Part shown: in pieces, positions 1 through 9,966 of the stretch | How positions within the stretch are numbered: the first letter of the stretch is position 1 | Layout: the number at the start of each line of letters is the position of its first letter | DNA from: Candidatus Falkowbacteria bacterium RIFOXYA2_FULL_47_19 | Lineage (GTDB): Bacteria > Patescibacteriota > Patescibacteriia > Patescibacteriales > UBA12075 | Reading direction: 5' to 3' | DNA: 64,000 nucleotides | Assembly: GCA_001780275.1 (NCBI GenBank) | Contig: MFGB01000023.1 | Location: 5,375-69,374, forward strand | Translations under genes and position numbers: made by a program | The notes under the pieces: generated by a model | The model's database searches: none | Told to the model about the DNA's origin: nothing | Seen by the model: only the letters and a program-made list of their open reading frames with translations

Positions 1-325
1 TAAAGTAGCGGACATGCTTCTTGATCTTACGGGGCAGAAGCCAATAGGAAAACTTGCTCCATCCGTGGTCCGGACCGATCCCGCCCAAGGCCACGGCCGC
101 CACTTTCTTGTCTTTAAGAATAGACCAATGCTTTTTAATGAAGCCTTTTAGAGGCATCCGTCCGGCATAGGTGCCGGAAATGACAGCAACAGAGTCCGCC
201 GCCGCCAGCGCTTCAGTCCCGGCCGCCTCAAAGGTCATAAGCGGCGCCTTAAGCGCTTCGGACAACCACTCGGCATATAACTTAGATCCGCCCAACCGGG
301 TCTTGTAAACGATGATAGTGTTCAT
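1..325 (-). CDS. flavodoxin-like domain protein, C-terminal part cut by window edge
   Basis: Own minus-strand translation from the ATG at 325: MNTIIVYKTRLGGSKLYAEWLSEALKAPLMTFEAAGTEALAAADSVAVISGTYAGRMPLKGFIKKHWSILKDKKVAAVALGGIGPDHGW... The beta/alpha pattern resembles flavodoxin-like (HemG/flavodoxin_5 type) proteins. The frame stays open to position 1, so it is absent from the ORF track. Confidence 0.55.
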   Translation of the reverse strand, partial: MNTIIVYKTRLGGSKLYAEWLSEALKAPLMTFEAAGTEALAAADSVAVISGTYAGRMPLKGFIKKHWSILKDKKVAAVALGGIGPDHGWSKFSYWLLPRKIKKHVRYF

Positions 326-409
326 ATACTTAATGATTAATTTCCATAGGTCTGGTTTTTTTATCCGGATAATGCGGGAGCACTTTGCATAGTCGAAACA
401 CCTTGTACA

Positions 410-437
410 GTGGGAGCACAAAATTTTGTGCTCCCAC
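410..437. terminator. palindromic hairpin, probable intrinsic terminator
   Basis: Perfect inverted repeat GTGGGAGCACAAAA/TTTTGTGCTCCCAC, located just 3' (minus sense) of the 471-626 small ORF. Confidence 0.55.
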
Positions 438-470
438 TATTCCCGTGCCCCCGCTATAATTCCCATTATC

Positions 471-626
471 CTAATTCCAGGGGCAATCTCCGGGTTCGAT
501 GCAGTTCTGGACAACCGACCCCTGGCCGTTTTCCCCGTGCACCTTGTCTCCGCCGGCATATACCGCGACGGCCGAAAGCGCCATTAAAGAAACTGCCATG
601 GCGAAAACTAATAAGGTTTTTTTCAT
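471..626 (-). CDS. small secreted peptide (51 aa), hypothetical
   Basis: Own translation, below the track cutoff: MKKTLLVFAMAVSLMALSAVAVYAGGDKVHGENGQGSVVQNCIEPGDCPWN. It has a classic signal peptide, two Cys in the mature part and the hairpin at 410-437 downstream. The overlapping plus-strand track ORFs are Pro/Arg-rich shadows. Confidence 0.45.
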   Translation of the reverse strand: MKKTLLVFAMAVSLMALSAVAVYAGGDKVHGENGQGSVVQNCIEPGDCPWN

Positions 627-913
627 AATTTTATATTATAAATTAATTAGCGCGCGTGCTTATCTTTTTTTATCAAAAAACATTCCCTGACACATGGGGA
701 TCAATTTGTCTTCGCCCGCCAGTTGACCTCGAAAGAAACGGAATATTTTCCCGGTATCCGCCACCGGGAGAACCGGAAGCAAAGCAGCTGAAATTTATTA
801 TCAGCAATCTTGCCGAAGCCGAATCTATTTAAAGTAAGTTCGATATCAATTACCATATTTTAATAATTCTAATACCTGGAAGAAATGATCGTATATCCGC
901 CTTATTGAATCAC

Positions 914-1303
914 TCAAATTAATTTTTTATCTCCAAGTCCTAAATGTTTTGGACACAGAATACCTATTGCCAGGGCCTCTGTTAAGGCGCGGCACCTTGA
1001 ATCTGGAATCACTAAATACCCATATAAACATTTATCCCGTAAACGATCTTTTTTCCCCTTCAAAAAAGTATGCACAAATGAAGACTGACCACGAAGATGA
1101 TTTTTAAGTCTTTGGCGTAAGCCATTTTTTGCCCTTAACGTTCTCCCTATATGCAAAACCGCACGATCTGGGCCATAAATTATATACACCCCCTGATCGC
1201 ATGACGCATTTACTGCATATCCTTCTTGCGGAAATACTTCCAATTTAGCTTTCAATAATTTGTTTACTAAATTTTTTGTCTTTACATATTCCCCAGATAG
1301 CAT
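914..1303 (-). CDS. GIY-YIG nuclease-superfamily protein
   Basis: 'GVYIIYGPDRAVLHIGRT' followed by 'LRQRLKNHL' and a later conserved Glu ('LTEALAI') fits the GIY-(x10)-YIG / Arg / Glu layout. It is the last gene of the co-directional defence cluster. Confidence 0.55.
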   Translation of the reverse strand: MLSGEYVKTKNLVNKLLKAKLEVFPQEGYAVNASCDQGVYIIYGPDRAVLHIGRTLRAKNGLRQRLKNHLRGQSSFVHTFLKGKKDRLRDKCLYGYLVIPDSRCRALTEALAIGILCPKHLGLGDKKLI

Positions 1304-1482
1304 AAAATAACTTAATTAGTATTAATAATCGAGTTATATATTTTTCCGAATGCATCATGAGTAGATCTTCTTGCTATTCTGGGCAGGGATGAGTCTTTTG
1401 CCTTTTTTGTTTGGTTTATGGAAAACTTTTTGGATAGATTATCTGGATGCCAAATGATAACCAAGTTCGAGGCGATATTGAT

Positions 1483-3279
1483 CTAAATTCGATATATTAC
1501 ATTCGCAATTTCAGCCAGGTCCGCCCCCCTCTTGTGAATTGCTTCTTCTGGATCAGTCAAAAAATTATCTCTGTACTTTCTTTCAATATCTTTATTCATT
1601 ATAAAAATATCATTTTTATAGGCCTCCATTTTTTTATCAGGGGAAGCATCATTTAATTTTCCGTTTTCGTTTTTATCAAATAAAGTAAGATTGCCAATAT
1701 TATTAACAAAGTTTTTCACATCGGCTTTTTTAAGGTTCCAATTTTTTGGGTCACGATCCAATATATGTTCTCGACTCACTTCGTCATAACCGTATTTAGA
1801 ATTTGTTTTATCCTGATGTTTACGGATATCATTTAACAGTATGGTTGTTAATTTGTTATCTTTACTATATTTAATGTCATCGCAAAAATTTTTTTTAAAC
1901 TCTTCGTCCGATTCAACCAATATTTTTAAATCCTTATAGAACTGATCGGATAATTTATTATAATCATTTCCCTGAAATTCTTTTATTTTTTTACATTGCG
2001 ATGCAAAACCTCTTTCATACTTAGACGGTATAACGCCTATTATTTTTGCTCGAAGAGCGAATATCCATAGTTTATCAAGTTCATTATTAAATATTTTTTC
2101 AGTTAAACTACTATCTGACAAATATCTATTTACCAACGACAACAGCACACCATAAACCTGATCTAGGCCAAGGTGTTGATACTTTTCAATCTTTTTAACC
2201 GACTCGATGCTGATTTTATTCTTAGAAATTTTTCTTAATTCATTTACCTGGTCGTTTCTTCTTAAAGCAAGGTATATTTTGGCGTTGTCAATAAGCTCCC
2301 CTATTAATATAGTGATGCCCCTTTCATCCTCATTTTCAACGGCTTGTTTTATACTTGAAAAAACCTCAGAACCTCTTATATATCCATTTTTTGATATCCA
2401 GTAATATCTCAAAAATTTTTCGAATAGCTTGTAATCGGTTTCTTCAAATAATGATTCCAGCTCATACCAAAGAGATTCTATCCTTTGTTCATATTTTGGG
2501 GTTTTGCAATAACTCATTACAACGTTTTTAACTAAATCGATTTGATTCAATGCCTGTCCAGTCGCGTTTAGACCTTCAAACATATTAAAAATGTCATTGT
2601 TCTTTTCGCAAACAATTAAAATAAACTGTGCGTTTACTATTTTTTCCTTAATTTCCTTAGCTTTTTTGAAGTATTTGGACGAATTTTCTTTGCTTAATTC
2701 TATCCTCTGATTGTTCGATATATGCTCATGTAAAAGCTTGAATACGTGTTTGTAAATATTAACTATATGTTTCTCATTATCATCTAAATTGTCCAAATCT
2801 GCCTTCGTTTTAAATTCTTCTTTCTTTAATATTATTTTTTCTAAAATATTATGGATATTCTCTTTGTGAATTTTTATTTTTATTTCTTGTGTATCAGTAT
2901 TACCACTTGGCAGATATTTCAGGTAATAACTATCAATATTCTTCGCATATTCCCTAATTTTGGTTGATAATATTTTATCACTTTTTTTTGCAATTTCAAT
3001 TAATACATTTCTTAAGGCTGATAAGCATAAAATTATAGTAATGATTCTTTGCTGCCCGTCAATAATTTCCACACTATCAGAGCTATTGATTTTCTGCGAA
3101 AGAATGTTGCCAATATAATAACCACTTTCATTTTCCATGATATTATTAAAAAGTTTTGTTACTTTATCCTTGGTCCACACATATGGTCTTTGGTTTTTGG
3201 GCAAACAAAAAAATTCAAATTTTTTTCTTAACTTTTCGAATGTTTTATTTCCTGTTGATTTTTCATCAAAACTCGCCAT
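1483..3279 (-). CDS. DUF262 + DUF1524 two-domain nuclease (GmrSD/BrxU/SspE-like architecture)
   Basis: The N-terminus has 'QRPYVW' and the hallmark 'IIDGQQRIITI' (DUF262/ParB-like NTPase). The C-terminus has 'REHILDRDP...NIGNLTLFDKNENGKLNDASPDKK' (His-Me/HNH-like DUF1524). Confidence 0.8.
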   Translation of the reverse strand: MASFDEKSTGNKTFEKLRKKFEFFCLPKNQRPYVWTKDKVTKLFNNIMENESGYYIGNILSQKINSSDSVEIIDGQQRIITIILCLSALRNVLIEIAKKSDKILSTKIREYAKNIDSYYLKYLPSGNTDTQEIKIKIHKENIHNILEKIILKKEEFKTKADLDNLDDNEKHIVNIYKHVFKLLHEHISNNQRIELSKENSSKYFKKAKEIKEKIVNAQFILIVCEKNNDIFNMFEGLNATGQALNQIDLVKNVVMSYCKTPKYEQRIESLWYELESLFEETDYKLFEKFLRYYWISKNGYIRGSEVFSSIKQAVENEDERGITILIGELIDNAKIYLALRRNDQVNELRKISKNKISIESVKKIEKYQHLGLDQVYGVLLSLVNRYLSDSSLTEKIFNNELDKLWIFALRAKIIGVIPSKYERGFASQCKKIKEFQGNDYNKLSDQFYKDLKILVESDEEFKKNFCDDIKYSKDNKLTTILLNDIRKHQDKTNSKYGYDEVSREHILDRDPKNWNLKKADVKNFVNNIGNLTLFDKNENGKLNDASPDKKMEAYKNDIFIMNKDIERKYRDNFLTDPEEAIHKRGADLAEIANVIYRI

Positions 3280-3286
3280 ATCTATC

Positions 3287-4147
3287 TCAATAATTCTTAA
3301 TTAAAAATTCTGGTATCGCCCCACGACTACTTGTCATTGAATTTATAGGTCGTGAAACCATAATTTCTATGATTTTATACTTGTCCTTTTTATACAACCT
3401 TCGAATTTCATCTAGGGCATTATTACTTAATATCATCTTTGTTTTTTTCACAGTTAAGCTTTCAACAAATTTAAATAATTTTTCACGATCGGAAAGATTA
3501 AATCTTTCTGGAGTGTAATTGGCAAAGCTTGTTTTTTTCAATGGATCATAACATGGATCCAAATACACCAAGTCATCTTCTTCTACTTTATCAATTATTT
3601 CTCTATAATCTTGCCTTACAATGTTTACACCCTTTAGCAGTTCGGATGCTTTAAGTAAATATTCTTTCTCAAAAATTGAAACACTTTTATTTCTCCCATA
3701 CGGAACATTAAACTCATTTTTAGAATTAACTCGATAAATACCGTTAAAACAAGTTTTGTTGATGTATATAAATGCTGCAGACCGATTAATTCCCCATATT
3801 CTTCCTTTATTATATTTATCTCTAATACCTAAATAAAAAGCCTTAGAATTTTGTTCACGATACTCTCGTAAATATTTCATTAATAAACCTACATTATCGC
3901 GCACAGCAATATATGCATCAATAAGATCTTTGTTTATATCAGAAATCAAACAAAACTTAGGGTTATATTTTTCTTTTACGTAAAAGAAAACTGCTCCTGC
4001 GCCAAGAAATGGTTCAAAGTAACGATTGATTTTATCTGGCAGCTCTTTGTCTATTTTATCCAAAATTCTTCTTTTTCCGCCTGCCCATTTTAGAAATACT
4101 GAAGTATTCATTATTTTTAATCTAACACTTAATCTTGTATTATTCAA
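3287..4147 (-). CDS. Dam-family (D12 class) N6-adenine DNA methyltransferase
   Basis: 'FLKWAGGKRRIL', 'FEPFLGAGAVFF' (SAM-binding motif) and 'YLDPCYDP' (DPPY-type motif IV). The real start is probably the Met at 4111 (MNTSVFLKWAGGK). Confidence 0.85.
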   Translation of the reverse strand: MNNTRLSVRLKIMNTSVFLKWAGGKRRILDKIDKELPDKINRYFEPFLGAGAVFFYVKEKYNPKFCLISDINKDLIDAYIAVRDNVGLLMKYLREYREQNSKAFYLGIRDKYNKGRIWGINRSAAFIYINKTCFNGIYRVNSKNEFNVPYGRNKSVSIFEKEYLLKASELLKGVNIVRQDYREIIDKVEEDDLVYLDPCYDPLKKTSFANYTPERFNLSDREKLFKFVESLTVKKTKMILSNNALDEIRRLYKKDKYKIIEIMVSRPINSMTSSRGAIPEFLIKNY

Positions 4148-4195
4148 ATGGTCAACTTGGTAAATATTCAGCAGCGCTATATATGTTCTACATAA

Positions 4196-5365
4196 TTAAC
4201 AATTAAAAGTTTTTTGCATCAAGACTTGAAATTGAGTTTCCAATTCGGCGGATTGGGCGAGCATTGATTGCGCTATTTTTTCAGATTTCTCTACTATTTC
4301 AGCAAATTTATTTTGAAGCTCGACAGGTGGCAACATTATGCTCAATCCCTTTAACGCAAAAATTTTTAACTCTGCGAATGTTGTGCCTGATGCAATGCTT
4401 TTATAATTATTTTTAAATTTTTCTTTTAGCGTATACTTGAGATATATATTATTTAGCGATTTCACCTTCACGTGTATCCATAAAACCCTTCCATCCTTAA
4501 AATAAAAAGGCAGTTCAGTATCAACTGACCAAATTCTTCCATCCGGACAAATAGAAGGCATCAATAAATCACCAACTGCAGGAACGCCAGTATGTTTTTT
4601 TAATTCCTGATAATGCTTATTTGTAATAAATAATTTTGGTTTAATAACTTCGCCGCAACTCAACATTCCAATTTCCGTGCCTCTGTAAAATGGAATTCCG
4701 TTTTCTGTAAGCTCATCTACAAAAACTCTTTTACTAGAACCAACATCGCACAAATCGTTTAATTTCTGGAACCCCCACCCCTTCTCATTCTTCACCGGAT
4801 CCCCAAACATCTTCAAAAACACCGACTTCAAATAATCATCCAAAAGCCCGATGGCTTGTTTTCTTTTTTGGCGAAGTGCGTCTGCCTTATCAAGAATTTT
4901 TACAATGCGTTTTTGGTCTTCAAGAGGTGGAAGTGGAATTTCAATATCTTCTATGTCTACGGAGCCAATGTTTTTTTGAGCTATTCCTTTTGCTTTTCTA
5001 ATCAATTTTGATTCAACAATCCCACTTTTTAAAAAATGAAATAAGTAATCCGGAAATACGTCTTTAGACTTAATAATTACTTTCCCAACTCGCTGGTTTA
5101 ATACGGCTGGCAAATTTTCTTTTTTTATTCGTCCTACTCTACCAACATTTCCAGTCAATGAAATTAAAATATCCCCGTCATTTAAAATAAACTTTTCCAG
5201 CAATTTATTATTTAACTTAATATATTTTCTATTGTCATTGGAGATATAGCCATTTTGAACATTTGTTATTCTAATGACTTGAAAACCATCATCAGAATAT
5301 TCATTGCTTTTAAATGCATAGCCATTAAATATTTTAGCTATATTTCCAATTTTTATTTTAGTCAT
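4196..5365 (-). CDS. hsdS: Type I restriction-modification specificity subunit
   Basis: Two target-recognition halves, each followed by a conserved helical spacer ('LPPLEDQKRIVKILDKADALRQKRKQ' and 'LPPVELQNKFAEIVEKSEKI'). It sits directly downstream of hsdM with a 2-nt gap. Confidence 0.85.
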   Translation of the reverse strand: MTKIKIGNIAKIFNGYAFKSNEYSDDGFQVIRITNVQNGYISNDNRKYIKLNNKLLEKFILNDGDILISLTGNVGRVGRIKKENLPAVLNQRVGKVIIKSKDVFPDYLFHFLKSGIVESKLIRKAKGIAQKNIGSVDIEDIEIPLPPLEDQKRIVKILDKADALRQKRKQAIGLLDDYLKSVFLKMFGDPVKNEKGWGFQKLNDLCDVGSSKRVFVDELTENGIPFYRGTEIGMLSCGEVIKPKLFITNKHYQELKKHTGVPAVGDLLMPSICPDGRIWSVDTELPFYFKDGRVLWIHVKVKSLNNIYLKYTLKEKFKNNYKSIASGTTFAELKIFALKGLSIMLPPVELQNKFAEIVEKSEKIAQSMLAQSAELETQFQVLMQKTFNC

Positions 5366-5367
5366 AA

Positions 5368-6885
5368 CTACAAGTTTTTTAAATTATTAAGTCCGGCCAC
5401 GATTTCCATTTCTAACGCCTCGATCTTCCCCAAAATCACTTTCGGATCTTCGTAAATCGCTTCTTCATAATCCGTCACTTTATAACGATTAATACTCAAA
5501 TCAAAATCCGCTTCTTCGATTTCTTTTTTTTCAACGTAGAAGAACTTGCTATTCCGTTTATTCTCCTCTTGGTCTTTTCGCTTTTTCCATTTCGCCACGA
5601 TATCCGGCAAATCGCCACCACCATTGATCTTGGTTCGCTTATCATCCAGCGAAAAGCCATCTGACTGCATGTCATAAAACCAAACCTTCTCCGTCTCCCC
5701 GCCTTTCACAAAAATCAAAATTGCGGTGCTTACTCCGGCGTAGGGCTTGAACACTCCGCTGGGCATTGAGATAACGCCTTGCAGTTCGCAATCATTGAGT
5801 AACATTTTGCGCGCCTGCTTATGCGCGTTACTGGATCCAAAAAGCACGCCGTCCGGCACAATCATACCGGCGCGGCCGCCGATTTTGAGTGATTTGATAA
5901 TCCGATTAATAAACAGGAGTTCGGTCTTGCTGGTATTGAGCGAAAGCGATTCGTTGATATCTCCTTTATCAATACTCCCCTTGAACGGCGGATTCGCCAT
6001 GATGCAATCGTAAAAATTATCCTCATCGTATTTTTTTGATAACGTGTCTTTCTGTTCAATATTAGGACTGCTGATGCCGTGCATCATCAAGTTCATGAGA
6101 CCAATCCGCACCATACTCTCATCCATATCATAGCCGTAAAAAGTTTTTTCCTTAAGATGAGTCCACTGTTTTTCACTTGTCAGTTTATCGCCCAAATGCC
6201 CGCGCGTCAAACCGTTCTCATCTGTCTTCTGATTTTCCTTGCTGGTATAGGCGGTTATAATATGCTGGTAGGCGCCAAGTAAAAAGCCCCCGGTACCGCA
6301 GGCTGGATCACAAATCGTGTCACCCAATTTAGGGTCAACTAGTTCGCAAATCAATTGAATAATATGACGTGGTGTGCGAAACTGGCCAAGCTTGCCGGCA
6401 CTCGTAATTTCTGAAAGTAAATATTCGTAGAGATCACCTTGCGTATCCTGAAAGCCCTGTCCTTCCGATTCCTGCTTGGAAATCTCTTCAAAAATTTCAT
6501 CTATAATGTTAACCGCTTCTACTAAGAGCGAGGGTTTGGAAATTATAAAAACCGCGTTGCCCATGTGCTTAGCGAAAGGACTTTCCTCCTTGCCGATCGT
6601 TTTGAGGAAAGGGAAAACTTTTATTTGAACGTGTGTAAGCATTTCGCCGCCCTCCATGTGCCGGAAATGACTCCAACGCAACTTTTCATTACCTTTAAAA
6701 AGCGATCGATAAGCCTCACCAGTAAACTCCGCGTCTTGTTTCTTTTTCGTATCCATCTCATCCAATCTTTTCATAAACAGCAAATAAGAAATCTGCTCAA
6801 TGGCAGTCAGTGGATTGGAAATGCCACCGCTCCAAAATTTATCCCAGAGCCGACCGATGGCTGATTTCAGTGTACTATTTAGCAT
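5368..6885 (-). CDS. hsdM: Type I restriction-modification methyltransferase subunit
   Basis: HsdM_N-like N-terminus ('LWDKFWSGGISNPLTAIEQISYLLFMKRL'), motif I 'DPACGTGGFL' and motif IV 'ANPPF'. It overlaps hsdR by 11 nt. Confidence 0.9.
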   Translation of the reverse strand: MLNSTLKSAIGRLWDKFWSGGISNPLTAIEQISYLLFMKRLDEMDTKKKQDAEFTGEAYRSLFKGNEKLRWSHFRHMEGGEMLTHVQIKVFPFLKTIGKEESPFAKHMGNAVFIISKPSLLVEAVNIIDEIFEEISKQESEGQGFQDTQGDLYEYLLSEITSAGKLGQFRTPRHIIQLICELVDPKLGDTICDPACGTGGFLLGAYQHIITAYTSKENQKTDENGLTRGHLGDKLTSEKQWTHLKEKTFYGYDMDESMVRIGLMNLMMHGISSPNIEQKDTLSKKYDEDNFYDCIMANPPFKGSIDKGDINESLSLNTSKTELLFINRIIKSLKIGGRAGMIVPDGVLFGSSNAHKQARKMLLNDCELQGVISMPSGVFKPYAGVSTAILIFVKGGETEKVWFYDMQSDGFSLDDKRTKINGGGDLPDIVAKWKKRKDQEENKRNSKFFYVEKKEIEEADFDLSINRYKVTDYEEAIYEDPKVILGKIEALEMEIVAGLNNLKNL

Positions 6886-9685
6886 AATTTAAAATTTTAT
6901 CCGTGAATTGAATTATTTCCTTTTGCATATTTATCGGGAAGACACCGAGGAAGCCGCGGGCATGGATCTTGGTGAACGGCTCGCTAACCAAATCTTTTTT
7001 GGCCAATTCGCCATTGTTTATAATAAAATCACGCAACACAATCAAAAACTGGATTTGCTTGGGAGCCAGTGTGTTGTGCTCGGCGATAAACTCTGCGAAG
7101 GCCTCGGATACTTTTTCGGAAAAAGTGACCAAACCGCCCAAACCCATGATGTATTTTATCAGATCCAAAAATTTCACTTGCCGGGCATCATAGGCTTTTT
7201 GCAAATTTTCCTCGGTCGGATAAGGCTCGTATTCAGCCAAGGTATCGGCCAACTCCTCAACTTCCTCCTGGCTTACCGCTTCACCCTGTTTTAGTTTTTG
7301 CAGCACTTCGTTTTCAGTTTCTAGCTTTTTGATTAACGACTCGACTTTTTCACGGTATTTTTGAATAGTAAGCCGTTCATGTTCCGGGCCGAACTTGATA
7401 TATTCTTTTTGACTCGTTATATCGCGCAGATCAAGCGAATCCTGATCAGGCTTAATCCCCTCATCCCGGTATTTCATCAAAGGGGCAATTTTTTGAATCA
7501 ATACTTCCAGCGCATTATCATCGGCTTTTTTTAAAAAATTGCCATGTAAAATTTCTTCGATTAGCTTTTTCTCCTTGGCAACAACGTTGACTGATAATGG
7601 CAAGTCCGAAACCATCTCAACAAGGGCTTCCCCTAAAACCTGTGCTCGCTTGTCTTGATTATCAAGTTTGGCAATAGAGTAATGCAGTACTTTCAATTCA
7701 AAGCTCATAGCTTTGAAATCTTCGCCCGTCCGCGTGCGCATCAAGGGCGCAATCTCTTTTTCTAAAAATATTTTTTTATCTTCATTTAGTCTTTGCCAAA
7801 AAGTCTCGTCCACTTTTTCCAGCTTGCTTTTGGCGTCCAGTATCACCACATTATTAGACGGCAACTTAGCAATATCTACTTTTAACTTCTGGGTTACGGA
7901 ATTGACCAACTCGGCATTGTTGTGCGAATCCACAATGTTCAATTTCAATAATTTTGCTTCAAAAATCCGAACCGGCAGCGGCTTAGTGGCTTTGTCAATT
8001 TTGCCGGTGGGATTCATTTGGAAATAGTCAAAATTCTCCCAACAATCAATGATAAGAAATTTATCCTTGGTCTTGCACCAGGGCTTAATTTTATTGACTT
8101 CAAGGAGACGAGTGCCGCGGCCGATCATCTGCCAAAATTTTGTATAGGAAAAAACTGGTTTTGCAAAAACCAAATTAACCAACTCACGGACATCGATGCC
8201 CGTATCAAGCATATCAACGCTAATTGCAATTCGCGGGAAGTCTTTATTAATAAATTGATCCAAGAGGCCACCCTTACCATAAACTCTGGCATCGTCAGAA
8301 ACAATCACCTTGGCGATATTGCCTTTGTGCTCCGGATAAAGGTCGTCAAAAACTTCTTGGAGTCGCCGGGCGTGTTTCATGGTCATGGCAAAGAAAATTG
8401 TTTTTCCCGGCAAAGTACCGCTTTCGTCTTTAATGCACTCCTCCATAAACTCCTGAACAATCAATGCGTTAGTACCACGGTTAGTCACTTTTTTTTCAAT
8501 TTCACTGCCTTCGTAATTAATTTCAGCCGGCTCCTTGCCATCAGCCAATAGTTTTTGCTGCTCACCAATTGAAATGGTATCTTTTCTGATGCCTTCTTTT
8601 TGAAATTTAGTTCTGACTTTTAAAACTTCGAAGTTGGAAAGATAGGGCGGTTTATTATTCACGGCTTCGTCAAATGAATAGGCATAAGTCGGAATACCGT
8701 CTGCGCAATCAAATAGCCCAAAAGTATTGTGTTCAACCACGTCCTTGGGCGTAGCTGTCAGCCCCAATTGAATCGTATCAAAATAATCAAAAATATTTCT
8801 ATAAACATTATAAATCGAGCGGTGACTTTCGTCCGCCACAACCATGTCAAAAAAATGCGGACTCAAAGGACAATCATTATTCTCAATGATATTGAGCATC
8901 GTCTGATAGGTAGCACAATATATTCTTCTATCGGTAACAATATCGTGCTCTCCGATTTTCGGCCAAACTGGGGCATTGGGTAAAAACTCCTTAAAAGCAT
9001 CAAGAGCCTGGTTTCTAAGAGCAATTCTGTCTACCAAAAATAAAACTTTTTGAACTCGATTAGTGCGCATTAAAACGTCTATCATGGACACGCATGTCCT
9101 GGTTTTGCCGGTACCTGTTGCCATGACCAGCAATGACTTCCTTTTCCCTTTATCCAGATTTTCAAATACCGATCGGATCGCTTCGATTTGATAAGGGCGA
9201 CCAGAAATATCCCGATTAATCAATTCTTGTGATAGCGGTTTTTCATTATTCCGTAAAAATAACATCCTTTCCAGGTCCTTTTTACTAGGAAAGCCGTAAA
9301 CTTTCCGCGGCGGATATTTTTCAGTTTCCCAAAAATAAATATCGTGTCCATTGGTATAAAAAACAAAGGGCATATCTTTGCCGGAATTTTTTTGAATATT
9401 TTCCGCATACTGGCGCGCCTGCTCCTGACCGATTCTAGCGTCTTTCGAAGTTTTCTTTGCCTCAACCACAGCTAGTGGATAACCATTGTCGCCAAGCAAG
9501 GCATAATCAGCGAACTGATGACCTTGATATTCGTTAAGCGGCTGTTCTTTTGTCATGCCCTCCGAACCCACCCAAATATCTAATTCCGTCGTTACCTGAG
9601 TTACATTACCAACATCCCAACCACCCTTAGATAGTCGCTTATCTATTATATTTCGCCTTGTTAAGGCTTCGTTTATTTTTGCCAT
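6875..9685 (-). CDS. hsdR: Type I restriction enzyme R subunit (SF2 helicase/nuclease)
   Basis: N-terminal nuclease region, Walker A 'MATGTGKT', DEAH-type 'VADESHRS', helicase C motifs and a long helical C-terminal extension as in EcoEI-type HsdR. Confidence 0.9.
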   Translation of the reverse strand: MAKINEALTRRNIIDKRLSKGGWDVGNVTQVTTELDIWVGSEGMTKEQPLNEYQGHQFADYALLGDNGYPLAVVEAKKTSKDARIGQEQARQYAENIQKNSGKDMPFVFYTNGHDIYFWETEKYPPRKVYGFPSKKDLERMLFLRNNEKPLSQELINRDISGRPYQIEAIRSVFENLDKGKRKSLLVMATGTGKTRTCVSMIDVLMRTNRVQKVLFLVDRIALRNQALDAFKEFLPNAPVWPKIGEHDIVTDRRIYCATYQTMLNIIENNDCPLSPHFFDMVVADESHRSIYNVYRNIFDYFDTIQLGLTATPKDVVEHNTFGLFDCADGIPTYAYSFDEAVNNKPPYLSNFEVLKVRTKFQKEGIRKDTISIGEQQKLLADGKEPAEINYEGSEIEKKVTNRGTNALIVQEFMEECIKDESGTLPGKTIFFAMTMKHARRLQEVFDDLYPEHKGNIAKVIVSDDARVYGKGGLLDQFINKDFPRIAISVDMLDTGIDVRELVNLVFAKPVFSYTKFWQMIGRGTRLLEVNKIKPWCKTKDKFLIIDCWENFDYFQMNPTGKIDKATKPLPVRIFEAKLLKLNIVDSHNNAELVNSVTQKLKVDIAKLPSNNVVILDAKSKLEKVDETFWQRLNEDKKIFLEKEIAPLMRTRTGEDFKAMSFELKVLHYSIAKLDNQDKRAQVLGEALVEMVSDLPLSVNVVAKEKKLIEEILHGNFLKKADDNALEVLIQKIAPLMKYRDEGIKPDQDSLDLRDITSQKEYIKFGPEHERLTIQKYREKVESLIKKLETENEVLQKLKQGEAVSQEEVEELADTLAEYEPYPTEENLQKAYDARQVKFLDLIKYIMGLGGLVTFSEKVSEAFAEFIAEHNTLAPKQIQFLIVLRDFIINNGELAKKDLVSEPFTKIHARGFLGVFPINMQKEIIQFTDKILNYAK

Positions 9686-9940
9686 ATTAAATCTATATTA
9701 ACTGTCTAAACCTTGATTTGCTTGATTAAAGGATTAGCTTGATCACGGGCTGCGCGGCGTCAATATGTCTTTTTGTATCTGCGTTCATAATTTTTTTAAT
9801 TTCTTTATAGAATTATTGCCAATAAGGGAACGCGTATAAATAATTGCAATTTATGTTTTTAATGTTATTGAATTCAATAATATCAAAATCTTCATCGCTT
9901 TATCAATTTTTCAAAGCTCCTCTAATACTAAATATTATCT

Positions 9941-9966
9941 ATGTTTTAATGACATCATTAAAACAT
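9941..9966. promoter_or_regulatory. perfect 12-bp inverted repeat (candidate operator) upstream of hsdR
   Basis: ATGTTTTAATGA-ca-TCATTAAAACAT, about 255 bp upstream of the hsdR start, inside a 590-bp AT-rich non-coding stretch. Confidence 0.3.

Noticed and set aside
410-690. Plus-strand track ORFs 410-628 and 499-690.
   Set aside because: They are Pro/Arg-rich with no RBS, and they overlap a better minus-strand signal-peptide micro-ORF (471-626) and its terminator.
704-856. 50-aa minus-strand ORF (MVIDIELTLNRFGFGKIADNKFQLLCFRFSRWRIPGKYSVSFEVNWRAKTN), possibly continuing in another frame (...PVLPVADTGKIFRFFRGQLAGEDKLIPMCQGMFFDKKR).
   Set aside because: It could be a frameshifted remnant at the island boundary, but I recognise no family and cannot support it as a gene.
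5524-5531. A8/T8 homopolymer inside hsdM, and similar A/T runs in hsdS and hsdR, as phase-variation switches.
   Set aside because: Runs of this length are common throughout this AT-rich block and are not positioned near the 5' ends. Nothing distinguishes them from background.
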